Assembly (NCBI GenBank): GCA_037447605.1
Contig: CM074807.1
Location: 186,001 to 250,000, forward strand
Reading direction: 5' to 3'
DNA from: Zygnema circumcarinatum SAG 698-1b
Taxonomy: Eukaryota; Plantae; Zygnematophyceae
DNA length: 64,000 bases
This document shows, one piece after another, positions 13,558 to 26,500 of the stretch. Position 1 is the first letter of the stretch. Every line of letters starts with the position of its first letter. The position numbers were made by a program, and so were the translations under genes. The notes beneath the pieces were generated by a model. It saw only the letters and a list, made by a program, of their open reading frames with translations. It made no database searches and was not told the DNA's origin.

Positions 13558-14670
13558 ATGGCTGCCCCCATTGCTGCAATGCTCACATCGCCGACCCTTT
13601 CTCAACTTTCTTCCGTTGCTTCTCGTAGTCTTAACTGTGTCGAATTTGTTCCTTTACGGCCTCTTTTTCGCCGCAAGTTCCGTTCTGATCCGACGGGGAG
13701 GCAGTCGTCAAGGGGGCATGTGTGTGTGCTCGCATTGCAGCAGCTGAGCGACAGAAAAAGTTGGAAACTGAGAGCAGTCCCTGACGCAACGACGGTTTCG
13801 GTCAACGAATCAACGGAGAACGACTCTTTTGTGAAGCTGAAAGAATTTCTGGAAGATGCCAAGAAGCTTGGAAGGGTACTTGCAGATTATATGCACAATT
13901 GCGCCGTGCCTGTGAATGTGATAAGGAAGAATGTGGTTCAGCTGTTCTGTTTACAATTGGTTCTAGCGTTCCGCTCTTGCTGCATTTATTGTTTGCACTG
14001 ACTGTTACTTGGAGAGCGAACTGTAGAGTCATTCCCAATCTTGTCTTTACTTCGTCCGAGGACACGAAGTGGGAGGAAGACTATGGCGAAAAATGCACCT
14101 TGTTTGGCCCACATTTGCAGGTCCGCATTATTTTGAAGACAGGTTTGGCCGTATTGGAGTCCGTGTCTACTCTCGACGGCCTTTACTTCCGAGACGTCCC
14201 TGGAAAGGGAGAATATGGTAACCTCGTGAAGCATGAGGATAATTTGGACTTTCACCTGCTGCTCAGCAAGGTGGCGTCGATCAAACTCAGCAAGAACCGA
14301 GCCATGTTTGACCCAAACATCTCTACGTACATTATTCGCTTGTTGGACAGTGAAGGGACAGTTGGTGCAAGCCTATTGCTTATGTGGAAGCCAGGTGAGA
14401 GCACATTTCTTTACAGTTCTTTTCAACTACTTGACTTATTTCGGAACTGCTTTATGCTGAGTCTTGATGCTGCAAACTTCTTTGACCTGAGCTTTGGTGA
14501 ACGTTTGCACAAGCTTTTTTGATGAATATTCACTGACCTCAGTCACATTGTGCGATGGGCCAGGCACAAAAGGAGAGTATGACGAAGGCCAGGAAGAGGC
14601 ATTTATAGCATTACTGGCTAAGTATGGAGAAGAAGTTCGGCTTCATGGTACAAGCCTCGAGGCAGAGTAA
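13558..14670 (+). CDS. ChuX/HutX-family heme utilization carrier protein with probable plastid transit peptide; exons 13558-13875, 14121-14394, 14564-14670
   Basis: Spliced product LKEFLEDAKKLGR|VRIILKTGLAVLES...GKGEYGNL...DFHLLL...TYIIRLLD...SLLLMWKP|GTKGEYDEGQEEAF..L..KYGE resembles cyanobacterial HutX proteins as I recall them; Ser/Arg/Ala-rich N-terminal ~80 aa; intron phases are consistent. Confidence 0.8.
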
Positions 14671-15120
14671 ACAGCAAGGTTTAATACACATCGACCTTGT
14701 TTGGTTGCTTTTGCAGTTATCTTGGTTGCTGGTTCCAATTGGTGCAACTTTGAAGTTAATCAAGACGAAGGACTTTTCTTTTTAAGATTTTTTTTTTCTG
14801 GTCCATTGTGATTTACAATGAGTGGGCTTAGGCGTCGTCAGATGAGTTCCACTAAGAATACGACTGAACCATGGCTTTGTTCTTTTTGTTGGTCGAACAC
14901 CTGAGAGCGGAAGGCACTCTTCCCTTTCATGAAGTCGAGATCCACTGACCGCAACTTGTAAACAAAGGAGAAAGTGGGAAATGCTTGCTAATACACCCTT
15001 CCAAGAAAGCAATTGCACCATAATGCAACCGAACAAGAAAGAACAAGCAATCCATAGCACCCAGTCAATGTTATTGTCGACATTGCCAACATTACAGCAC
15101 AGTCCTTCCCAACGTTTGCA

Positions 15121-18100
15121 TTATTTCCGAGCCTGTGCTGCTCCTGGAGCCCCTTGACGTCCAAAAGTCGCTCTGAATCTCCGCATAAAACAAGCCACAA
15201 GGGGAAAGCGGAACGGCGTTAGTGACTTTCAGCCTCATGGATACAAATCACGAATTTGAGAACAATTCAAGACATTTGGAACAATCTTCTCACATCTCAA
15301 CCAACGCACACGAGGTAAGGCTGGCCTTTAAAATGAAATGCTCCCTTTGATCAGTTCAAAAAATCTGGGTAGCATTTCCTCCATTTTGTCTCAGTCAACT
15401 TGAAGCTGAAGCCACGGTGCTCTGTCAGGTCAGCTTCTGCTCACCCGCAAGTCGAGCAGACTCTGCTTTGTTTGCAGAAAATGGAGAGGCAGACAGAGCA
15501 AACATAGCCGATGTCGATTGTCTTTTTGTGGCAGAAGCAGCTGCGTGCCGCAAATAAAAAACGCATCAGTATTTTCAACAAAGAATCAGATGGAAAGATC
15601 GGAGGCATTGTGATCAAAGTTTGAGTCTTCTGAAAGTCATCTGCATAGTGCTGTGAGGCTGTGGACGGTAAGCGCATAAAGAAAGAAGGCTCTTACGATG
15701 CTCGAAAGTCTACACCAGCCGGCCGCGGCAGCCGAAGGAAACGCCGTGAGTGCAGGTCTGTTGCAGACACCGTCTGCGATGTGGCAACCAACTAGACAAT
15801 TAAGGAAGGAACACATCTCCTTTCCTTCAACCTAATTAACACGAAAGCCTTTTGTATACAGTTGAAAGGAAAGGATAGGAAACATAAAAGCCTGCAACTT
15901 ACAAGCAAGTACTGGAGGAGGCCCTCAGGGCGTCGGGGCTTCATATAGATTCCGCCAGTCAAGTGAGAAGCCTGGCTAAACCCACATGACCAAGCGGCCG
16001 AATAACCATCAACTAGATGCAGAGAAGGCAATATCGCGTGAAGAAAGCATTAAGGGAGAAGGTATTCAAAGAAGTGAGTCGGCACCTGTTGTAGAAATGC
16101 TGAATCCATGCTTCCCACCATGCAGGCATCGATTGGAATCTGGATTGGATCGAGGTAAGGGAAAAGGAAGAAATAAAAAATGGAACCTTCGTTAGGGAAA
16201 ATAAATCGAAAAATAAAACGAAGGTTTCCAACCTCAGCCTGCAAAATCCTATGCACCTTTGTTCTGAAAAATGAATCTTACCCCGGATCGTTGAGCTGAG
16301 AAGATTGAATTCATCAACGCAATGTACCTGCAACCGCGGAGCAAGAGCCAAAGGAATAAAGAAATGGACCAGGCGCAAGAGAAACACGTAACCCTTACTC
16401 ATCCATGCTTTTCAGTCCATTGCAGTGGGTCAAACAAATGATGAAGAACTCAATGTACAGAGACACAAAAAAACTGAACTTGCCGCAATCCCGTCAAGAC
16501 ATGATGGCATGATCCCGTTAGTCAAATCAGCACCTTCCTTTGTAAGTAAACCGTTGACATGTGATATCTATCACCAAGAGAAAGCAAGTCCAAACGAAAT
16601 GGTCTGTCAAATGTCAAGTTCTTTAACACCTCTCTGAGTTTGGAGAAGACGTACTCACTGCTGAGGCGCGTCTTGAGAGCCATGTAAACACAAAATCTGT
16701 TCCCTTCAAGAGAGCTCCCTCTCCAAATAAGTCATTCAGATTGAAGGCCAACCAAAAGTATCCAAATTGAACCACTGTTCTCAACTCCTAAACCCAGGTT
16801 CTCCCAGTTTTGGAAATCTATCCTCAACATTGTAACTTGATCAGTTACAGTGCCAGATTCTGAACCCCAAGAGGACAGAAAAGTACAGGGGCTTATTCAG
16901 AACAGTCTCTGATCAAATGACTTACTCGAGGCTGGGGATGAGGAGGTGGGCGTCGAAGGACCTTTGTGATATCTGCTCAGTAGTTGGAAGTAAGTCAGTA
17001 TGCCCTTCTGTGACCAGCTCATCTCAGATACGACTCAAGACACATTAAGCCAGTCACTTACAGGCCGAAGACAAGAAACATGTCGACAAAAGGATAAAGG
17101 AGGACAAACCGACATGTTAAAGCAAGAGAGAGAGAGCCTGAGAGCAACGAATATTTTGATCGCAGACCCAGCTCCTCCTCCGGCGTTAGCTCCAAAGCCT
17201 TCTCTTCCACAGCTGAAAACTCCTGCAACTGTTTTGCTATCTCTTCCATGGGAACAAGCTGTGACGTTTTTCCTTTTTGTTGACTGCCAGAAGATGGCAA
17301 TTTTCCTCCCGCAGGGGCAGTGGCGCCATCATTCTCAAAAGTTGACGGCGACTGAAACAGATACTGACTGCATGGAAAACCTCAAATATAGAACGGTCGA
17401 GGAACAAAACAAATAAGATGCCATAGGATTGTAATGAACTAAGGCAGGGGTCTGCATTGCACTGGACTGAATAGGAAGGTGCATAAACTGAATAAAAAAA
17501 GACTTGTAAGTCCTACTACGAAAGTCAACTCTGAACGTCTGAAAACTCGGCCGATCTTCCTTCGCACCATCAGGGCAGGTTGAACTGGACGAGGCAATGC
17601 TTACCAGGTTGATGAACCGGTTGCGATAACAGCAAGACAGTTTTTATGATGTAAAGCGAGATAGGAATTCACAAAAAACAATATCTGCTCCAAAAACAAA
17701 TAAACCACCGTCACCTTCGATTCTGGATTACATGAAACTTTCAGTTTGCTCCAACAATAGCAAATGGAAAGTCTTTCCTAATTCACGTTAAGACCACAGA
17801 GGTAACCTAGCAATGGCAATGTACTAGTCTAGTCCATTAGCGCACATGTGGTGAATTTTTTTTTTTTTTGCAATTTTTCCCTTTTTCTTCACTTTTTTAA
17901 CCGAAAGTGATAATAAAAAAGGCGTTCCTTTGTTGCCACTCGTGCTACAAAAGCAGTTCACTGAGCGATAGAATGCACGAAGCGACTCCATGGGTTCGCT
18001 TTCGTGCACCAAAGCATTCCAGAATAAAAGCCAGAAGGGAAGGACCTGCCTGTGAAAGAAATTGAGAGAGGGAAAGAGATGCGTTTGCGGAGGAAGGACT

Positions 18101-18398
18101 CCCTTCTGCTGATGCCCAAAAGCAGGGATTGGCCTCAAGAATCAGCACCAGGAGGCTGACATCATCTGCAAGCAGTTCCAAATAGCAGCTCAAGCCGTCA
18201 GATGTTTCAAAATACACGTGCATTCTTGTGACAGACAACATCGCGTCGTAATGATTCCGGTCGTGCTTTCAATTTATAAAATATAATTGATGCAGAGCGT
18301 GGAAGTTAGCACCAAGAAGCTGCTTGCAAGACCCCAATTCTTGCTTGTGCAGCTTCAGCTTGTCTACCTGTTGCTGCAGAAGGAGCAGGTGCAGACAT
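15121..18398 (-). CDS. TFB4: TFIIH subunit p34 (Tfb4/GTF2H3), ~12 exons
   Basis: [98 protein letters not shown]...CSTCG zinc finger. Confidence 0.95.
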
Positions 18399-19107
18399 CA
18401 CCGCCGTAGCAACCGCTATCCAAATGGGTCATACGGCAACCTCAAAAACACGCATTCATGACTGCGTGCTTACCCTAAAAACCCTCTCACAGTAGGATCT
18501 GTCCAGCCCCAGCCATGGCTGCTGCACGAAGCGGTGCAGCCGCATTAGCCGTATGGGTTCGTGATGTGTAAGCCCATTGCCATGGACCCAGCACCCATGC
18601 GACAATGTGGTGAAACGGCCATGGCACATCGGCTATGGCATGGCATGATGGCAATTAGTAGGCGACATGGGCATGGCATGTGTATGTCTGGATGGATGCA
18701 TGCCATGGGAATGTTGGCAACGTCTTGGTGTAGAGGAAGAGGGGGACATATGCTTGTCGAATGTTTTTACAATTGTTTGAGGTGCAGGCCTGCACGAGAT
18801 GGGGCCTCAAGGTACCATTTGTGGCGCATGCACACGGCTGCAGTTTGGTTTGTCGACAGTCGAAAGCTCGACTTTGCAATTGGAACGAGTGGGTTCCAAC
18901 AATGGTTTGACAATTCCATCACCAACCAAACGATACTGAGAAGGCACACAGTACACATGACAAGGGCATTCAAGGAATTGGCCTGAGAAGACTAGAGAGT
19001 TCGTAACCATGGCTATTACCCCCACAAGGCGCCGTCGACTAGACTGCCAGCACCTCCCTTTGCTATGTACACGAAGCAATCAATCTCAAATGTATCCGCA
19101 ACATCTC

Positions 19108-22100
19108 TCAGAGCAACCCTCGTCTTCGCTTGTAATCATTAACAGTCAAGGTTGTGCCATAACCCCGCTCCATAGCGACTTCTGTCCGTGCCCCACTCGT
19201 GGTTTCCTGCAGCCTCTTCCGTGCCATGTATGCCTCCTGGTATTGCCCCCATCGCTGCAACGGCTCAAGCGAAAGAGCCATTTGGAACATGTGCCTTGCC
19301 ATAGGCACTCCGGCATGGTCCACAGGAGCCTCCTCCCCAATGAGCTGATTACCAACCGTTGCCACATCATTGGCCAATTGCTCGACTACCTCCGCCGCTT
19401 GTCCCTCCTCCTTAGCTTTAAGCAGCGCTGCTTCCTTCTCTGCCTTCTCTAACATGGCCTCTTCTGCCGTTTGCTGATCTGCCTCGTGTCTACTGGGAGC
19501 CCGGTAATAGTTTTGCGACCGAGTCCATCGCCGTGAGAAGGGGTCATGGCCTTTGTCTCCTATCTTGGTGTTCTGATGAGCCACTGCGGCAGAGGCAATT
19601 CGAAAGTTCTCTGCCCTATTGCGCTTGTTCATGCTGGCAAGTAGGACATCCCTCCTCCCCGCAGTCGACTGATGGTCGCGGGCCCACGTCTCCAAATCCA
19701 CCATCTGTAATGCGGGCATGATGCTTACATGGACTTGACTTGACTGGACTGGACTGGACTGGAGGTGGAGAGGTGGAGAGGTGAAGAGGTGGAGGGGGGA
19801 GAGAGGGAGAGAGAGAGAGGGAGGGAGAGGGAGAGGGAGAGGGAGAGGGAGAGGGAGAGGGAGAGGGAGAGGNNNNNNNNNNGAGGGAGAGGGAGAGGGA
19901 GAGGGAGAGGGAGAGGGAGAGGACTGGACTGGACTGGACTGGACTGGACTGGACTTGACTTGCAGGGACACTTGCCGCTTCGCCAGAGAGAGCCCTCTGA
20001 TGTTGATGATAACTCAAGGAGGACATACAGACCTTTGCAGGCAACGATCCACTTACAAACCCTACGATCTGAGAGATGAAGAAAAAAAACTGCCAAACTT
20101 ATGAGGCTCACTCACCTCTTGCACCAGCCTCTCCACTGCTGCTGTGTCATCTCTCTCCTCCGCCAAAGCCAGTTCCTTCGCCAACCTGTCCTTCTCTAAG
20201 GCTACATTTCGAGGGCGTGCAGCAGCCATCCTCTTCTCCTCAACAATCTTCTTCACATCAGAAGAAGTATACACAAACGTGTGTGCTCGCTGCAAACTCT
20301 CCCTCTTCTCCGCCACCTCTGCCTTGCTGAGTCTGCAGTCACATACAGTTTTGCATGATTCCCATGCTCCACAATGCTCCATACTCCATATATACATACA
20401 TACATGCTCCATACTTCTTCAGCAGGCAATCACAGCCACCCTAGGGACCCTCCATTAACACTCAGCCCCACAGAAATGTCATATCTTCTTCACGTTCGTG
20501 ACACATTTGCGAGAGACCGACCTATCTATTTGTGAACATGAACGGCAGGTCGCCCTCATCCTCCCCTCCTCCTCCTCTCCTTATCCCCCTCCTCCTCTCC
20601 ACTCCTACTCACCTTCTGCAGTTGCTGCGATCAAGCTCCCGCAGCCATTCTTCAAACTCACGAGGGAGAGGCTCTTTGTTGGACATGCGAGCCATTTGCC
20701 AGCGAGCACGGTGCTCTCCCCATTTGCAGTCCAAATACTTATGGGTTGTCCGACCCTCAAACGAGTACTGTCTCCCACCCCCTTATTCCCCCTTCAAGAT
20801 CTGAAAAGTACAGTTCCATCGTAGGCACAATACTAATGGGAGGAGAGACTATGACTGGCATCATCTCAACTAGAATTCAGAATAGAGTAGTCATATGAGG
20901 ACTATTAGACCTGTTTTGCAGGGTCCTTGGCATCCACAGCCACGACTTCGCATATGCGGTATACAGGCTGCCCATCGCTGCTTGCACCAATACCGAGCCG
21001 AACGAGACAACCCACCACCAACTCCTCAAAGAAAGGCTCCCAACACCTGAATTCACAGCTCATAAAACACGTCCCAGTGTTTGGCAGGCTGAACATACTT
21101 ATAGAATGCCATGCTCCTTTCACTTTCTTGAAGATTGTCCAAATCTAGCCCTACACAAGCAGCACTTTGTTAATGCTTTCACATTCCTTCTCTTCTAATT
21201 GTACACCATAACAACTCCAAATACATCACAAAAAACGATTGCCATCTGGACGTGCCGAGGAACAGAGCTCCCCTCTCCCCTCTCTCCCCTCTCTCCTCGT
21301 TGAAACCGACATTTGGCTACAATACAGCTAAACGAAAAAGAGCCACCTGCCACTACGACCGCTCACCATTTGGCAAGCTTGGCCCGCTTCAGCAGAATCG
21401 ACTGCAAGTCGGCAATTTCTGCATCAGGGTCAGGTTTCCGCCGCTGCTCATCATCAGAGCCCTCCCCCTGCCCTTCCTCATACTCGCTGTGTGCTTCAGA
21501 GTCGCTTTCTGAAGCAGAAGATGCACTATGCTGCGGCCGAGGAGAGCCTTCCCTCCTGCCTCTGCACCGCTTTGTACGCAACAAAGTTCCACCAGTACCA
21601 ATATCCTCTTCACATAAGGTGTTGTTCGTCTCCAGAAACACAAATACATACCCTGCAGACTGTTCTGCTTGCTATGCAAAGCCCAAGTGAATGCTGCTTT
21701 GATGAAGAAACAAATGCAGAGACCATTGAGAGCTGCTGATAGGGGTAACCACTCACCGGGAAGCTGCCTCCTTATCGCGGCGTTTTCGTGCCATGTTGTC
21801 CAAATCCTGTTGCCGCTGTTGCTTAGCTGCCTTTGCTTCTGCCTTCGCCTTGAGCTGTCCGAGTGCATCATCCTGTCTGCTTCGCGGCCCAAACTTGCCA
21901 CTGGCAGCACCCCTCCTTGCGGAAAGGGCCTGACTTCCCCCCCCCCTCTCCGCTTCCCTCTCTGCTTGCTGCTGTTTAGCCCTCTGCTCCCGCCGCCGCT
22001 GCTTCCGTTTCAAGTGATTTTCACGCCGCAGTGACCGCTCATAAAGAATGTTTTCACGCTCGAGCTCGACCATATTCTGCAGCCGCTCTCTATCTTCGTC

Positions 22101-22439
22101 ATCCTTATACAGGTCACTCCCAAATGAGAGTTCACTGCCGTAACCGTCGTCACTGACATTGCCACCTCGCCTGCCCCCTTCCTCATCATTCTCTACATCG
22201 AAACGCTTTTTAAGAGGCATCTGTGAGCCACTCTTTTTGCCCCTGGCGCCCCCTCGGCTGCGGTAGTCATCCTCCTCTTCTTCGTCTTCGTCTGACTTAT
22301 AATTTTCGTCGTCATCGCTGCTTGAGTCATCACTGGGTGCATGCGATCTTCCACGGCCCCCCTTCTGCCCTGCCTTCTTTGAGGTGCCCGTATGGCCTAC
22401 CACATGGAGGAGGTCGTGCTCTAAGGATGAGTCCACCAT
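19108..22439 (-). CDS. RTF1: PAF1 complex subunit RTF1/VIP5 (Plus3 domain)
   Basis: DLYKDDEDRERLQNMVELERENILYER; Plus3 LKRAKLAKW|..EPFFEELVVGCLVRLGIG...YRICEV; DPFSRRWTRSQNYY; C-terminal TLTVNDYKRRRGLL. Confidence 0.95.
19731..19961. repeat. Compound intronic microsatellite (GGACT)n-(GAGAGG)n-N10-(GAGAGG)n-(GGACT)n
   Basis: Seen directly; contains the assembly gap 19873-19882. Confidence 0.9.
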
Positions 22440-23593
22440 GGCGGAGAAGCAGCAGTCCTCGCACCTTTACTGTGGAGCAGTTTCAGAGGAGAGATGTGTG
22501 CATTGCATGTGGCATCATGAGAAGTCTTTTCCACTTATAGTTTAGAACTCTCTATCTTGAATAGGACTGGCACGTGGAGGGAGTCAGGGACAAGCTCTCG
22601 TAAGAAATGCAAGCGACATAACTATGGTGAGTAAAAAAACTGAAACCTTTCTTCTATCTAATCACCCTCCTCACATCACCCTTACCTGCGCCTCTCTCCC
22701 TCTTTAGCTCCTCACAACGTTTCTCAGCGAATTATCCCTTCCTACACCCACTAACTTCCTGTCCCCCCTCCTCCTCTCCAACTCCCCTCTCTATTCCGCC
22801 CGCTCCTGCCCGACCCCACACGCTTCTTTCCTCCTTCTTTCTTCCCTTAAACCTCTCTCGGTTCACCCTTCACCTCTGACCTCCCCTCTCTCATCCCGTT
22901 CCCTCCACTCTCCTCGCTTCAAAAGAAACAGACACGGAGCGAGGAAGGAAGACGCAAGCCCCCAAAACCGGAAAAACATAGATTCATTCAAATGATAACA
23001 GAAGGAATCACGCTTCAAAGACCCACCTTTTTGTAGTTCCAAATGCAACGGTTTCTCCCCAACGATCCTCAGCAATCCCTCCCTCCTTCCCACCACCGAT
23101 GGCGCCTTCCCTCACAGAATGGCTCAAGGCCGGAAGCACGCCTGCCTTCCTCGCTGTTCTTTGTTCCCTGTTCCCTGTTCCGGTCGTTCTTCCGCTACGC
23201 TTCTATGTTCACGCGACAAATACCAGTTCCTTGTGGACTGTAACTGCCAGTCTGGACTACGACAGGGTCAGCATGCACAGAACTGTAGCTGTACGACAGG
23301 GTTTGGCGACCGTACCATACCGTGATCCACGTGCGACACAAAACAAAGGACGATATATCGAGATATGGTTTCATACGACAATGCTACCGGAGGGATATCG
23401 ATATATTTCGATACTTTTCTAGTACGATATTTATATCGATGGTTTCAGTACGGTATTAATATCGATTTGATCGCGATATATCGGAGTTACTGGTGCTGTG
23501 CGCCCTTGGGGACGGCGAGGTAGACGCTCGAAGCCGAAGGTGGGTTAGGGTCTGGAAGGCGGCGAGTGGGCCTGCGTTTCCTCGGCAGCCGCC

Positions 23594-26500
23594 ATGGCAG
23601 AGCCGTCCAAGGTCATCCATATCAGAAATGTCGGCTCGGAAGTCGCAGAGGTGTGTGATTTGCTGCGCTCCTTGCATCTGTGGCGCGAAATGTTTTTTTA
23701 TTTCCTTGGTTGATTCGCGCATTTGACAAGTTAAACCTGTCCTTGCCTGTCTGATTTTGCTTCCGATTGTTCGGTCTTTGTGGTTGCAGCACGACCTTCT
23801 ATCTCTGGCTCAAAACTTTGGTGTTGTAACGAAGGTGGTGAACATCCGCTCCAAAAACCAGGTAATTGGACCAGGGGTAGGGCAGTTGAAGTTGCTGAGA
23901 TTTAGCGAGTATTTCTCCATTCCTCACTATTGATATTTATGCTTGTTATGTAACGGATTTGATTATTCAGCGTTGAAGCACCACGCTTTGCTACCTTGAC
24001 TTGTCCATACGAGTTTGGTGGACACCGATAGCTCAGTTCCGATGTTGTTATGAAGCTTGTTTTCTGAGGGGACGCTTTCCTAGTTTTGGTGCTGATGCGA
24101 CAATTGTTTTTTTCCCCTAACAGGCTCTGCTGCAAATGCAAGATTTAACTGCAGCTGCCAACATGATTCAGTATTACTCAGAAGTTCAACCGAACATCAG
24201 GTATTGACGCTTTCATCCTTTTGGACACCTAAACTTTGTGTTAATCTGCTTGGTGGCTGGGCAATATCTTAATTACTAGATGATACTTGAGCAGCTTCTC
24301 TAATATTTTATTTCTCGGTGCACATTTCAGGGGTTCTCGGCTTTACATGCAATTTTCTTCCCATCAAGAGCTGACAAGCCATGCCGAGCAGGGTGGTGGT
24401 GCTGGCCCAAGGCGACCTATGGACCAGGTTTGTAGGATCGCTGCTTTCATCCTAGTTTTCACTTAGTTATTGTCTTCACCGAGGTAGTCGTGTCCCGGAC
24501 AGTCTGTCTGGTCTAGATCTCCCTATGGTGAGATTGAGAGCAGATCCGAAGGTTGAACACACAGACTACCAGCCTTTCTCTACCTTCTTTCCACTCTGCT
24601 GCCCATTCTTACTTCACTTGCTCCTCTGGTCTCTATTCCCTGCTAGGGCCTCTGGCTCTTCTCTTTCACAGCCTCACACCCCTACCTCCTGTTCTCTGGG
24701 CGCTTCTTCAGGAGCAACAGCCTAACCGAATCCTCCTTGTTACCATCCACAATCCGCTCTATCCCATCAACGTCGATGTTCTGCAGCAGGTCTTTTCTCC
24801 ACATGGCTTTGTGGAGAAGATCGTTACTTTCTCCAAGTCTGCTGGTTAGCTTTCTCCTCTCGTCTCTCTGCTCCAGTCACGTTAGACCTCCCTTGCTCGT
24901 CTCCCTATCCTTCCCTTCTGTCGTGGTCTAAGTCCCACTTATCCGTATGAAACCCTCCTGTGTGACTCCCTATATCCCCGTCTTAACTGGTAAGGATTCC
25001 TACAACACCTATTTGCTTGCCAGTTCGACAATGCGAATGATCAAGGATGCTCAAGGATCATTCTTCTATTTGTATGCAGGTTTACAGGCTCTGCTCCAGT
25101 ACAGCAACCAACAAAGTGCTATTCAAGCGAGGAGCACATTGCAGGTACATGCGATTTTGACCCGGAGCATGTGTATGAACATCATTTTTATGGGCAGTGA
25201 CCTAATTTATAATCTTGCCATTGTGTTTTTTTATTCGCACCGAGACTGATGAATCTCAAGAGATCTCCTTACTTCTTGCGTGGTGTTCAGGGTCGGAACA
25301 TCTATGATGGATGCTGCACCTTGGATATTCAGTTCTCCAAGTAAGTTTCTTCCTTAGGACCTGTAAATTAATGTGTTATTGTGTCATTTGTTCTTTCTGA
25401 GAAGTACCATGTAGTGTACCCGTTGATGGTTCAATTTGTATTGTTTCAATTCACTTGTCCTACTTTTTCTTGATGACATGTTTTCAGTTGATTGATGCAA
25501 CTTCTTTCCTGGATTCTCGAACGCTTACACTCTTTGACTGTCAATATTTTTTCCATATTTTTTGTGTCATACGTACTGTTATGCATTTCCTTGATCTGTC
25601 CAATTTCTGATCCACTTCCTCTGCATGATTGATTTGATTCTTCCTTTTCACTATTTTTGGTTTGGAAGGATGTTCTTGGCTTTTCGGATCGGTATCCTGC
25701 AAGAAATTTATCTTTCTGGTTGGCTTATGCGTTTTTCTCCTCTATTGCGTTCTGAATTGATGACTTTGTTGCCAAATCCCACAAAGGAAGTTATAAGAGA
25801 GCTTGGAGAATGTGTGTTTGTCATGATTGTGGCGAGAAGTATAGTTCGTTAACAGACTTCCTGGATGTTGTGTTTACAGTCTCACTGAACTTCAGGTGAA
25901 TTTCAACAACGATCGCACAAGGTGAGTGAAATTCATGAAAAGTTTCAGAAGTCAGGATTGCACAAGCACATGATATTAATCGCAACGAGCTCTCCAAATT
26001 AAAAGGATAGAGTATGGTTTCATGGCGGATGGACTATGTCGTAGCCGCCCTCTCCTCTGCAAATGCTCACTTGTAGGGGATATATCCTTTTGCATGCCAC
26101 TCCAGCTGAGGTAATTGTACGATAGTTTGACGAATTCTTGCCCTGTGTCTCACCGAGTCCTCCTTTGCAGGTTATGTGATGACTTATTATGGTTCTATAT
26201 GCTTATTCAAGGTTGGCTTGAAATGGTCTTTTGCTTGCAGGGACTTCACCAACAGTCAACTTCCGGAATCAGCAAATGGCAGAGGCCCCCCTGCCAACAA
26301 CATCATGGTGAGACTTCGGTTTTATTCTCAAATTCTGAATATGTTCTCATTGTCCATGTACTCGTAGACGTAACTGGTATGGGTATGCTTAAAAGCTGAA
26401 ACCACTAAGGAGTGCTTTTTGGAGTGAAAAATAATAATGCAAAACAATGAATAGACTTAAATTTATGTAAGATATCAGCTGACTCTCTCCCGTCCTAACT

